A stretch of 64,000 bases of DNA from Malacoraja senta. Taxonomy: Eukaryota. Below the pieces are notes generated by a model. It made no database searches and had not been told where the DNA came from. It saw nothing but the letters and a program-made list of their open reading frames with translations. A program made the translations under genes and the position numbers. Where the stretch lies: the NCBI GenBank assembly GCA_038087875.1, contig CM075978.1, positions 43,338,001 to 43,402,000 of the forward strand, read 5' to 3'. Below are positions 24,601 to 37,125 of the stretch, in pieces. Position 1 is the stretch's first letter; each line of letters starts with the position of its first letter.

Positions 24601-25927
24601 AAAACCTGCCAGTTATTTGTCATGGGAGAAGACGTTTACATGAATGAAGACGCCCATCCCAGTTAAATCAGAGATTTGATCACTTTATTGATATGAATAA
24701 AGTCGGCATCTGGGGGAAGAATCTTCCACAGTCCCTTTAATGAGCGGAATTACCATGACGCCACCATGTGTGCTCACACAGGTGACTGATAGGTATTGCT
24801 CAACAAGGCTTTCCAAGCCAGAGATCTATAACGCCATGGCAGGTCCGATTCCACTGCACAATTTATTGGTGTAAGTGATAAATGATATAGCTTGTAATTT
24901 CTCTCTATTAACACAACTAAATTGGCATGATGATACATGTTATGATACCATGAACAAACCCCTGAACTGATAAATTAGTCAGAGGATACCAGCATAATGG
25001 TGCCCACCCTGTATAGCCATACTTTTTAAAAGAATACACTATACCTGCTACTGCCAATGGAGGCGTGGGGATGTTTATCTAGTAACGTGAGGGGAACTCT
25101 GCCCCACCACCCCCCCCCCCCCCACCCTCCCGGGTATTCTGTAACCTTACTGATGAATTGCAGTATGTGCCATGGACATACTTCCGCGGTAGGAGTCAGT
25201 CACACACTGACCCTTGGCACTCCTCTCCACAGAGAGGGGGATTAGTGAGCAGCCCTGTGCACAGGCGCTGTTGTAGGCCCCCGTGGACCTGCGCTGGTGT
25301 GGTCCTGTTTCGTGTACCATATCAGGATGGGTTAAACGTCCGTGGACGTACCCTCCTGTAGGGCTCGTCCAGCCCAGGCCTCTCCGACTCTATGGTTGCC
25401 TACCTTTTTGGGCTGCCGAAGTCGGAGTCACTGACCGCACTGTCAGCGACTCGGGTAGCGAACCCAACGGCCACCGGCTACCCGCTCTCCCGCGGTCCGT
25501 AGCCGGCATCTCCGCAGACTGTAGTTTCCCCGCAGCCCGTCCGGATATCGCCCGAATTTAAAAAGCCCTCGGAAGTCGCTGACCGCACTGTCAGCGACTC
25601 AGGCAGCAAACCCGACGGCCACCCGCTACCCGCACTTCCGCGGTCCGTAGCCGGCAACCCCGCGGTCCATAATTGGTTTCCCCGCGGTCCGTCCGCGTTT
25701 CGCCGCGTATTACTATGTCCAGCGGGAAAACTCTGCAAAGAGAGATTCCTGCAACAAAAGGACAACTTGAAAAGTAAGTTCTAAAACGTAGCTGTAGGAT
25801 TTGAAACTTACCGCTGGAGGAGCGACGCGCCGCCAGCCAGTCGTTGCGCAATGTGGTAGATGTAATGAAACGCATGCGGGCTGACGGCCTTCTTCGCGTA
25901 GTCACTCACGTGACTCCGAAGTAAAAT
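21682..25927 (-). mobile_element. Second DIRS1-type element, non-autonomous (no RT/RNase H seen; MT and YR remnants present)
   Basis: Right end 21682-21790, ICR about 21910-22020, left ITR 25871-25927; ATT at both ends on the minus strand; YR remnant 22150-23100 (HPLIVRFMK, SRWL, KPHKKVS); MT remnant 23150-23470 (DLF..LNHQLP, DPGAVAVDAF, YTFPP). Confidence 0.92.
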
Positions 25928-28489
25928 CTCAATTTCAAGTAATTTAACAATTTGACTCCAATAATTCTCTCAATGTAACTTTTTTTCCCATCTGCCATAT
26001 TTAAGATAAATAATAAGGATTTAACTGAACAAAAACTCACTGAAACAGATCTATTCAACATTTGATATATTCATAGAGTATTTGAATGCTCAGGAGTTTA
26101 GAGTTGGAACGATAGTGCTGCCCTGAACTGTGAATTTGACTATGTTCTCATACTTACTAAATGCAGGACATTAACTAATACCTTAAAACTCTCTCTACTG
26201 CCCATCATCTTTTTTATAACAAGATTACTTCGTCCATTTCTCCCATAAAAATTATATGTATACTTGCTGTTATGAAGGCGACTATTGCAGCCATTAGCAT
26301 CATGGTGAACTAAGAAAGAGCAATTGGCACTTATAGAGCAATTCCTTCAACTACAAGACATTCCAAACTACCATATAGACAATTCAGTTATGCTGAATTG
26401 TTGAAGCAAGATGGCCAATTTGGAAATAACAGGATTCCACAAGATGATAATGACCATATAATCTTTCAGTGGTGTTGATTGAAAGATAAAATTGGGTGAA
26501 TGATTTTGGGATGACTCCCAAGTTCTTCTGAGAGAACAGACAGAAACTCATTTTAAAGGGGCATCAAGAAAGATGGATTGCCACAACTGTGCAAAACTGG
26601 CAAAATTCTCTAACTAAAGACCCAAAGTGTAGACTAGATATTTATGCTCTGGAACGGGATCTGCAACCTTCTGACTTGGAGGTGAATGTGATCCCACTGA
26701 CAGTTTTTGCACAGTTATACTTTTTTTATTTTTACATTGTTTGTGATAATTCAAAGCATTTGTCATTTTTTGCATTTTTATTAGCTTTCCATTGAAAATA
26801 AAAATAGTTATCTGACTTGAATAGGTTTGGAATGGATTTTATTGTTTTTGAATGTCCGAGGTAATACTGCTTTTGATAGTTGAATAAGCCAGGGGCATGC
26901 CTTAACAGACTGCCAAAGTTTATTTTCAGCATTTTCACAACTGAGGTTTGTTCTATTCCTTCCCATGCTCTCTCCTTCCCTATCACATCATTGGATTTAA
27001 ATCTAGAAAGACGTTAATGAGGATAAAATTCACTTTGCGCAACAAGTTAGTCTTGGGAGATCTATACAAGTTTTTTGTAGGTTAGCAGCTGACCATAAAC
27101 TCTATGCAGGCTCTGTCCTTGATGTAAATGAGATAATTTATAATTTGTAATTGGGATATAAATGTAAGGACAATGTGTTTAGATCCTTGAAACAAGGCAA
27201 ATGGTTATTGTCATAATTATTCCTCCTACTTAAACTACATTTTTCTTAAAACCACAATTTTATCTTGTCTTCCCATGCACTGTGCCATAAGAGCTCAATT
27301 TATATATAATGAGCATAAACTTCAGGATTAAATTTCCTTAACAATTTCTGCTATTGCTAAATGGTTACTTGGTTTACAAGTATGAATTTCTGGCTTGTAA
27401 ACTGTAAATTCTATGAATGTTTAGTTATTTGATTTCTCTTGAACCACAGGCACAAAAATAATGTTAGCTTTGAAGAATGCTGGGATGCCTCAACTACTAC
27501 AAATGAAAGGGGAAGGAATCTGTACTCGGTCATCAGAAGAAATGTAATTGCTATCTATCAGCATTGAATTAAAGCAAATCATGATTAAAAAAAATAATAC
27601 ATTCCCCTTTCCAGGCAAAAATAATAAATGTCCCTTTCAATAACTGAATAAAATCAAAGGATGGGGAATGAAAATCACAATTAATATGGATGTCAAAAAG
27701 TTCAAAAGGTGAAATATTAAAGAATAGCCAAGAACTTCTTTTTGATAAATTATCAAAAGTAAAACAAAATAGATATAATAAAGTTTGTAATGAAACATAA
27801 TGTAAAAATAAGAGGCCGCCAGTATTCTTGATTTTAAATTCAAGTTGTAAGATGAGATGATGATACTGATATTCTGTATCAGGAAATTAGGGTCATATTT
27901 GTAATGGTATGCCTCGTGATGGTGAGGATCAAACAGAAAGGACTGTTAAAAACATTGCCAAATCTAGATTTTCTCATCCAAAAAAGAGCTTGCAACATGA
28001 GTAGTGAAAACTATTTCCCAGACTGAAGCAAATGCATGTGATTTGTTGTTTCACAAGAAGTTATTAAACACTAAGCTTTTCCTCTCTTCTCAGTTTGTTA
28101 TTCTGGTTATTTGATTAATAATAAATCTCATGATTCTATTTTGTCTTGCCTATTTTGTTCCTTTGCATCACATCACTGTAAATTGAAAGAGTGGCTTTGT
28201 TGTTCAAACTAATTATAATACTGGCCAGTTGAAGTATCAAAGTATTATTGCTTGATATTACACTCGACTGTTATGAGCTCATAACTCGACATTTTATTTG
28301 CTTTGATGCTTGGTGCTTCATGTTTTACCATTGCATCTTGACTATTATCATCTTCCTCTGAGCTGCTACTGAAGTAATTATTGTGGGGTTTTTCTTTGCT
28401 GTCTACATTAAATTCCAGTAATTTGTTGATCACATGTATTTTGGAGGCTTGCACTTTCAACAACCAATCCTATCTGAATTACCTTTGCA

Positions 28490-28680
28490 GGCAAGGCAGC
28501 ATCTTTGGAGAAAATGGATTGCTGATGTTTCGGGTCGGGATCTTTGTTCAGTCTGAAGAAGGGTACCGACCCGAAATGTCACCTATCAAAGTTCACCAGA
28601 GATGCTGCCTGACCCGCTGAGTTAGTCCAGCACTTTGTGTCTTTCTTTTGTCAACCATCACCTGCAGTTCCTTGTACCTT
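28490..28680. repeat. Short palindromic Penelope-pLTR/MER6-like element with hammerhead core
   Basis: Inverted arms GGCAGCATC...GATGCTGCC; CTGAAGA-AGGGTACCGACCC-GAAA at 28553-28576. Related copies at about 5150-5250, 17788-17975, 18615-18695, 29380-29545 and 42840-43050. Confidence 0.7.
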
Positions 28681-29718
28681 CCTTTCTGAATTATGCTGGG
28701 TTTTTATATCCATATTATGAATGTAAATGTGAAAACAGACAAAGGTCCAATGTTATTTCTCTGGCAAATTATCTTAGTGCTTCAAATGCTGTAATAAGGA
28801 CCTGACATTTTTTTTAATCTACTATCAATTTTGGTAGTTATTGTCATTTTCTGTTAAATGACTATCTCTTTCAATTTAAAGATGGATTTTGAAATGGACC
28901 TTTGTCAGATGCTTCTTGCGGTCTTGGCACACTATATGATTGGAGTTTCCTTAACTAAGATGAGTATAAATAGTATCTTGGTCAAGAAACATATTCCCTT
29001 TTAGGATAGAAAGGATCAATAGGTGTTAGCATTCAACCTGCTTCATTCTCTGGTTTCCAAATTCATGTTTTAAGTAAGCTGGAGATATTTCATTGTGTGT
29101 TATACTGAATTATATAAATTCATTGTAGCATTTTGTCTAACTGCAAACAGGGAGCATCTTTTTCAGGTTCTGGATCTTCCTAATTCTTTGAAAAAAGATT
29201 GAAGCATTAAAAATATTGCATTAAATACAAAATATCATCCTATTTTATTTCTCAAATCTTTTTGAAGGCAGTATGTTCATTTGATCATTTGTAATGTTTA
29301 CTCCAAAGCTTTTGTTTATCAGTACTTCTTAACCAAACTGTTCTAAATTGCTTTGAACAATGAGGTATATTACAAACGTACACAGTGCTGGAGTAACACC
29401 GAAGGTCAGGGCTGCATCTCTGGAGAACATGGATCAGTGACATTTCAGGTCTATCTACCCAGAGATACTGCCTGACTTGCTGAGTTACTCCAGCATTTTG
29501 TGTCCATTTGTGTATTAACCAGTATCTGCAGTTCCTTGTTTCTACAAATAAAAGTACATTATCTTTCATATTATGATTAAACTATATATATTCATTACTC
29601 ATACTCCAAAAGCGAGACTTTATGGCTGACAACATAGTTATCACTGTCTTCTGCCAGTACATTTTTGGAAAAAAAGCAGCATATTCATTTTATAACACCA
29701 AAGCTGCCCTCTGTATCT

Positions 29719-31168
29719 TCAAGTTCAAGTGAGTTTATTGTCATGTGTCCCTGATAGGACAATGAAATTCTTGCTTTGCTTCAGCACAACAGAACATAGT
29801 AGGCATTGACTACAAAACAGATCAGTGTGTCCATATACCATTCTATAAATATATACACACATGAATAAATAAACTGATAAAGTGCAAATAACAGTTAATG
29901 GGCTATTAAAGTTCAGAGTTTTGTCCGAGCCAGGTTTAATAGCCTGATGGCTATTCCTGAACCTGGTCATTGCAGTCTTCAGGCTCCTGTACCTTCTACC
30001 TGAAGGTAGCAGGGAGATGAGTGTGTGGCCAGGATGGTGTGGGTCCTTGATGATACTGCCAGCCTTTTTGAGGCAGCGACTGTGATAGATCCCCTCGATG
30101 GAAGGGAGGTCAGAGCCGATGATGGACTGAGCAGTGTTTACTACTTTTTGTAGTCTTTTCCTCTCCAGGGCGCTCAAGTTGCCGAACCAAGCCACGATGC
30201 AACCGGTCAGCATGCTCTCTACTGTGCACCTGTAGAAGTTAGAGAGAGTCCTCCTTGACAAACCAACTCTCCGTAATCTTCTCAGGAAGTAGAGACGCTG
30301 ATGTGCTTACTTAATAATGGCATTAGTGTTATCGGACCAGGAAAGATCTTCAGAGCTGTGCACGCCCAGGAATTTGAAGCTCTTGACCCTTTCAACCATC
30401 GACCCGTTGATATAAACGGGACTGTGGGGTCCCCATCCTACTCCTTCCAAAGTCCACAATCAGTTCCTTGGTTTTGCTGGTGTTGAGGGCCAGGTTATTG
30501 TGCTGGCATCATATGGACAGTTGCTCGATCTCTCTTCTATACTCTGACTCATCCCCATCAGTGATACGTTCCACAACAGTGGTGTCGTCAGCGAACTTGA
30601 TGATGGAGTTCGCACTATGACCGGCTACGCAGTCATGAGTATAGAGTGAGTACAGCAGGGGGCTGAGCACGCAGCGTTGAGGTGCTCCCGTGCTGATTGT
30701 TATCGAGTCTGACACATTTCCACCAATATGAACAGACTGTGGTCTGAGAGTGAGGAAGTCGAGGATCCAATTGCAGAGGGATGCACAGAGACCCAGTTCT
30801 GCGAGTTTGGTAACCAGCTTGGAGGGGATGATTGTATTAAATGCCGAGCTGTAATCGATGAATAACAGCCTGACATATGAGTTTTTGTTGTCCAAGTGGT
30901 CCAGAGCGGAGTGGAGGGCCAGCGAGATCGCATCCACTGTTGATCTGTTGTGGCGGTAAGCGAACTGCAGTGGGTCCAGGTTTTTGTCGAGGTAGGAGTT
31001 GATCTGCGCCATGATCAACCTCTCAAAGCACTTCATCACCACAGGCGTTAGTGCCACAGGTCGATAGTCATTGAGGCACGTCACCTTACTCTTCTTGGGC
31101 ACTGGTATAATTGATGCCCTTTTGAAGCAGGTGGGAACCTCAGACCTCAGAAGTGAGAGGTTGAAAAA
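29719..31168 (-). mobile_element. Rex1/Babar-type LINE, 5'-truncated
   Basis: [37 protein letters not shown] and C-terminal IIKDPHHPGH..LLPSGRRYRS; AATAAA and TTGAAC-type tail at the 3' end. Confidence 0.88.
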
Positions 31169-32075
31169 TCTATTGCGATAGAATGCCAGTTTGAAACAGT
31201 AAGGCCTGGGAGCAGTTCTAACATTTAATCTATACCTGATGAGAGGCCAGTTACTGTATTCTGTATGTTCGACATTATTTCATTGTCAATTGTTTTTGGA
31301 AACACTGTGCAAGATCTGTTGAGAGTGGTCTCTGCCTCATTGAACCGACATATTCAAGAAAGTCGAAAGAGTTGGTTGTACAGAACTTTCCCATTCCAAA
31401 TATAAGCTAGAATTTTACTGCTTGTCTGAAGGGGCAGTTTCCTTTGTTCCAAAGAACACTGGGTTGTAGATTTGTGGATAAGCTACTTCATAAATTTTAA
31501 GCGTCTATTCTCATGGTGTAACATTGCTAGAGGTGCTGGCGTGTATTGCTTTCTTATGTTCTGGTGCAATTAATTATATTAGGGGCTGATTTTTTTGATT
31601 TTTTTATCCACCATTTGTTTTTTGAGTTTGCTAAAAACCTGTAAATCTCTCTGAAAAACTTATTTTGATCATTTTTTTATTTTCCGGTATTCATTTCCAG
31701 TGAATTCTTGTGAAATTTGTCTTCAGCTGGATAGATGCAATATTGCAGCATCCCAGTATAGTGTAGAAAAAAATTAGTAAGAGTTGTACAACAACAAAGC
31801 AGAACACAGGGAATGGAGGAATCCAACAGAAATAGACCAAGCTAATTCATGAAAAGAACCAATAAGAATTCAAGAAGATGACGGTGGATAAACACGGAGG
31901 GGGGGGGGGGGGACAGAGAGATGGGTTACTAGAATAATAATAATGAGCAAGAACAAAAGAATTAGGTGTGCAGATGGAATGCATGCCTGAATGAGGATGA
32001 TCTGAAAATGATGCAAATGAAGATACGTGGAATGTGTGGGATGACATGGTAAACAAAGATGGCTACAACTTAACA

Positions 32076-33028
32076 TGGTGCTAAGCCCATTGGTGTTTGT
32101 CATCTATATCAATGATTTGGATGAGAACATGCACGGCAAGATTAGCAAGTTTGCAGATAATACAAAAGTGGGTGGTTTTGCAGATAGTGAAGATGGTTGT
32201 GAACATTTTCAGCAGGATCTCGATCGATTAGCCAGGTGGGCTGAGGAATGGTTGATGGAATTTAATGCAGTGAAATGTGAGGTGTTGCATTTTGGGAAGT
32301 CTAACATGGGCAGGACCTACACAGTGAATGGTAGGGCTCTGGGTAATGTTGCAGAGCAGAGGGATCTAGGAGTGCAGGGACATGGTTCCATGAAAGTGGA
32401 GTTGGAGGTAGATCGGGTGGTGAAAAAGGCTTTTGGCACATTGGCCTTCATCAGCCAGAGTATTGAGTATAAAAGCTGGGAGGTCATGTTGCAGTTGTAC
32501 AGGACGTTGGTGAGGCCGCATTTAGAGTGTTGTGTTCAGTTCTGGGCACCATGTTATAGAAAAGATGTGGTCAAACTGGAAAGGGTACAGAGAAGATTTA
32601 CAAGGATGTTGCCAGGACTAGAGGGTCTGAGCTATAGGGAGAGGTTGAGTAGGCTGGGACTCTATTCCTTGGAGCGTAGAAGGATGAGGGGTGATCTTAT
32701 AGACGTGTATAAGATTATGAGAGGAATAGATTGGGTAGATGCAGAGAGACTGTTGCCCAGAGTAGGTGAATCGAGGACCAGAGGACATAGGTTTAAGGTG
32801 AAGGGGAGAAGATGTAATATGAATATGAGGGGTAACTTTCGCACACAAAGGGTGGTGGATGTATGGAACTAGCTGCCAGAGGAGGTAGTTAAGGCAGGGA
32901 CTACCCCAATCTTTAAGAAACAGTTAGACAGGTACATGGATCGGACAGATTTGGAGGGATATGGACCAAATGTGGGCAGGTAGGACTAGTGTTGGGCCGA
33001 AGGGCCTATTGCCACACTGTATCAATCC
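32076..33028 (+). mobile_element. CR1 LINE 3' fragment
   Basis: 265-codon frame KFADNTKV...LVRPHLECCVQFW...RGDLI. Confidence 0.88.
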
Positions 33029-33820
33029 ATAGATAGATAGATAGATAGCCCTTTATTGTCATTCAGACCGAAGTCTGAACGAAATTGCAAGTCATACATA
33101 AAACAACAATAAACACATATTAACATCCACCACAGTGATCCACCCAACATCTCCTCACTGTGATGGAGGCAAAAGTCTTAGGTCTGCAGTCTCTTCCCTC
33201 CTCTTCTCCCTCTGCCCTGAGGCGATACCCCCCGGGCGATGTTAAATCAGTCCCGCGGCTCAAACACCGCGGTCCGGGGTGGTCGAAGCTGCCGCCCACC
33301 AGTCCTGCAGACGCAGCCGCTGGCCCGCGGCCGAACCCTGGACTCAGGCCACCACCGCCAGAACACCGTCCCAGCCACCCTCACGTGAGTACCGTGCCGT
33401 CTTCAGCCTCGGGCTGGGCCGCCCCGACATGGGCACCAAACCTCCCCCGAGCCGGGCCGCCCCGACTTGGGCGTCGCTTCTTCCCCGGGCCGGGCCGCCC
33501 CGACATGGGCGTCGCTTCTTCCCCGGGCCGGGCCGCCCGACTTGAGCTGAGGGCGAGTCCTGACGGGCTCTGCCTCCGGAGCCTCGAGGTCGCCACCTCC
33601 ATTAGGCCTCAGCGCAGACGGAGGCAGAGAAGGGGAATACGACCAAAAGTCGCATTCCCCCGCAGGGAGAGACTGCAAACCCCGTTACAACCCCCCAACC
33701 CCCCAAAACACAAACTAAAAACCAAAAACTAGACTAACCAAAACGAAATAAACAACACAAAAAACACAAACAAACAGGACTGCCGATGAGCCGCTGCAGC
33801 CAGTGCCGCGCCGCCACTTC
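33029..33820 (-). mobile_element. Non-coding LINE-tailed retroelement with ~37-bp internal repeats and (CTAT)n tail
   Basis: GGCCGCCCCGAC repeats at 33415-33542; 3' stem TCCATCACAG...CTGTGGTGGA on the minus strand; AATAAA then (CTAT)n. Confidence 0.6.
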
Positions 33821-34366
33821 CGAACTTTGCAGATGATACAAAAGTTTCCATGACTCTAAATGAAGGTAAAGTAAGGTGCGGAAAATGCTTAACTACTGTG
33901 AGGCAACAGTAGGTGAATGTTTCATACCGAAGATCTGTTGCAGTGAAATCGATCCTCATACCATCATAATATTTAGAGAAGGGTAATGGGAAAATTAGAA
34001 CAAGAATCTCTATTTCTCATTTGGAAATATGGGATTATAATCCAGCAACATATCTGCACATAATAATGTAATTTTTCAGTTCAGACATGGGTCTTTTATA
34101 TTTAGTTATTCCATTGCAGTATGATATCTTAAATATATATGTTAGCTGGATCATGCTGATATCAGGCCTGCAAGTTCAAGGCTAATTGCTGACAAGTTAA
34201 AAAGTGTATCAGCACATTCTGAATTTCCTTGCCTGTGCTTTCAGCATGGAAATATGAAACCTGGTGGATGTCAGATGCCGGTAGACCATAGCTTCCACTC
34301 TGACCTTGGACTCGCCAATGACCCTAGGGACATTCCATAATGACCTGCGCCAGATGCACTTAACCA

Positions 34367-34900
34367 TGGGGTGGCGCCGTACGATGGCAGCCTTGCCAAT
34401 AATGAGCATCTGTCTCGTCCTTTTCTTCATTTGTTGTTTTGTTGTCTGTTGTTAAATGTAGTGTGTCATTAGTTTTGTATTATGTGGGGGGGGTGGGAGA
34501 AACTTTTTAAAATCTCTTTCCTCAACGGAGATGCGACTTTTTCCATATCGTATCATCGTCCGCACTGCGGCCTAACATCGTGGAGCTGGCGGTCCCTTTG
34601 CTGGGGATCGACTTCGGGAGCTCCAACTGCGGGAGCCTGTGGACTTAACATCGTGGAGCTTGCGATCCCTTTGTAAGGGATCATCTTCGAGAGCTTCGAC
34701 CGCCCTGACTGCGGATGGTTCGACTGCCCCGACCGCGGGAGAAAAGGAGGGAAGAAGATAATACATTATTGCTTTCCATCACAGTGCGCTGTGGTGGATG
34801 TTTATGTTAATTTTATGTAGTTGTGTGTCTTGTTGCTTTTTGGTATGGCACTGTAAGGCAAATCAAATTCCTTGTATGTTTTCACATACTTGGCTAATAA
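34367..34900 (+). mobile_element. Non-coding LINE-tailed retroelement
   Basis: GGCGCCG..ATGGC head, GCGACTTTT and GCGGCCTAAC motifs, tail TACTTGGCTAATAA shared with the Rex1 end at 18718-18735 (minus). Confidence 0.6.
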
Positions 34901-34901
34901 T

Positions 34902-35847
34902 CTGGTCCCTCAACTTCATCCCTTGTGGGGGAGGGGGGGGGTTGTGTGGGCAGGGAGGGGGTGTGGGAAGCGAGGTGTGGGGGGTGGGGTAGTTGTGTGG
35001 GAGGGAGGTTTTTGTGGGGAGGGAGGTTTGTGGGGAGGGGGTGATGTGGGGGCAGGGAAGTGGGGGCAGGGGGGGTGTGGGCGGGGGTGTGTGGGCGGCG
35101 GGGTGTGTGGGTGGGGGAGGGTGTGTGTGGGCGGGGGATGGCTGTGTGTGGGTGGGGGGTGTAAGGGCAGGGGGCTTGTGGGGAAGGGGTGTGTGGGCGG
35201 GGGGGAGTTGTGGGGGAGAGGGGTGTGTGGGCAGGGGAGTGAGCTTGGCCAAAAGACGGGGAAGAGCCATGGGAAGATGGGGGCATCACGGGGGAGGAGC
35301 CAGCGAGGGGAACCAGAGGGGTAGTGGCTAGAATTGGCTGTGCGATGGGGACTCACAGTGGGCGCTGGTCGCTGGTCGTTCTCCTCCGCCAGGATCAGAG
35401 TCTCCGCTTTCCGTTTGGCGACATCTCCGACTCCGGGCAGGGCTGCCTTGGGCGGTGTGGGGCTGGGCTGCTTGGGGCTGGGCTGGTCTGCTTTGGGTCC
35501 CTCCGAAAGTCCGGTTGGAAACCTCCGCCGGGAGCCCTCAGTTCCAGTAAAGACTTGATGGCGCAGGAAGGGGCAGACCGTCCCAGGGAGTGACAGGGAA
35601 AGAGATTAATCTGTGCGGCGCCGACTGGCAGGAGAAGAGATCGATCTGCGCAAGCACGCTTTTAAAGATTATAAACCTCGCTTTTACGACATTCAACCAA
35701 TCAGAATGAAACTTGGCACACTTGCAGCACAGGAGAACGGTGAGTGAACTGGTGAAACATCATAGCGCTATCGCGAACCGTTTTTGTGCAAATAGAAAGA
35801 CCGCCAAACCGGAAGATAACAAGATCAGAGTTTTAGTTATGTATAGA
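34902..35847 (-). mobile_element. Non-autonomous Helitron, copy 2 (3' end missing)
   Basis: Homologous to 9770-11004; minus-strand 5' end A|TCTATACATAACTAAAACTCTGATCTTG. Confidence 0.78.
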
Positions 35848-36035
35848 TAGATAGGTCATGCTTAAATAAATTGACTAGGTAATTGTGTTCGGAAAAAAAA
35901 ATTATTGATTAAAAAAAAGAAAAATGCTTGCAATGGCACAGGTAGTTTAAAGGCTATTGGAGCCGTCTGTGAGCATGGCTTTAGTTTTATCCCCCTGTTG
36001 ATTAATTACTGTATGTGACCCATTTAGGCTCTCAG

Positions 36036-36235
36036 NNNNNNNNNNNNNNNNNNNNNNNNNNNNNNNNNNNNNNNNNNNNNNNNNNNNNNNNNNNNNNNNN
36101 NNNNNNNNNNNNNNNNNNNNNNNNNNNNNNNNNNNNNNNNNNNNNNNNNNNNNNNNNNNNNNNNNNNNNNNNNNNNNNNNNNNNNNNNNNNNNNNNNNNN
36201 NNNNNNNNNNNNNNNNNNNNNNNNNNNNNNNNNNN
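36036..36235. other. Assembly gap (200 N)
   Basis: Run of N. Confidence 1.
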
Positions 36236-36619
36236 TCACATATTTGCAGCCTATTATAGTTGTCAATTCAACCAAACATACATTCCCTTCTTCTTCATTT
36301 AGTTGACACTTACTTGGCATTATTGAAATATCTACTGACTTATTATTCCAGTGGTTCATCATATATTGTTGATTAAATATAATTAATTTTTCAATCATGA
36401 ATTGATTGTATTTCATATTCTCAGTCACCATCTTGGTATCATATAATACTTAGCTGTTTCAGTGATGCAACTTCACTTTGAGACTTGAGCTGTTTTCCAT
36501 TGCATTGATGCTGTCTGACTTGAATGTTTCCACCATTTTTTGTATTTCTATAAAACTTAAGTGCAGAAACTTAGTCTCACTCCATTTGCAAGTATGCAGA
36601 TTACACCACCAGATTCGAA

Positions 36620-37125
36620 CAATTATGAGACAAAGTACAGGGAGAAGGTATACAGCCTAGTAATATGGTGTCACTTCCACATGTCAGCAAGATGGAACTA
36701 GTTATTGACTTCAGGAAGCAAAGTGAAGTACAGACGCCAATCAGGATCAATGGTACCTAAGTGGAAATGGTTAAGAACTTTAACTTTGGTGTAAATATCA
36801 GCAACAGTTTATCCAGGTCCAACCACATTGAGGTTACGGCCAAAAAAGCACACCAACTTCCTCAGGAGCCTAAGTTTAGCATGTCTCCAACAACTATTAC
36901 TGACTTCTACAAATGTACCATAGATAGCAGACTATCGGATTACTCCACATCTTGGTTTGGGAACAATTCTGCACTATATTCTTCATTATTTGTATTTTTC
37001 CTCTTTGCATTCGTTGTGCCTGCATATGGCTAGATTGTACTCATGTATAGAACGATATGAATTGACTGGATAGTACTCAAACAAAAGCTTTGTCTGTATA
37101 TTGGTACATGATAATAAACTAATAT
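36620..37125 (+). mobile_element. Highly decayed Rex1/Babar LINE 3' fragment
   Basis: KKAHQ, FYKCTIDS and SWFGN remnants. Confidence 0.55.

Noticed and set aside
28245-28463. 72-aa minus-strand ORF with an acidic/Ser run
   Set aside because: Short, no recognisable domain or splice context, and begins next to a repeat.
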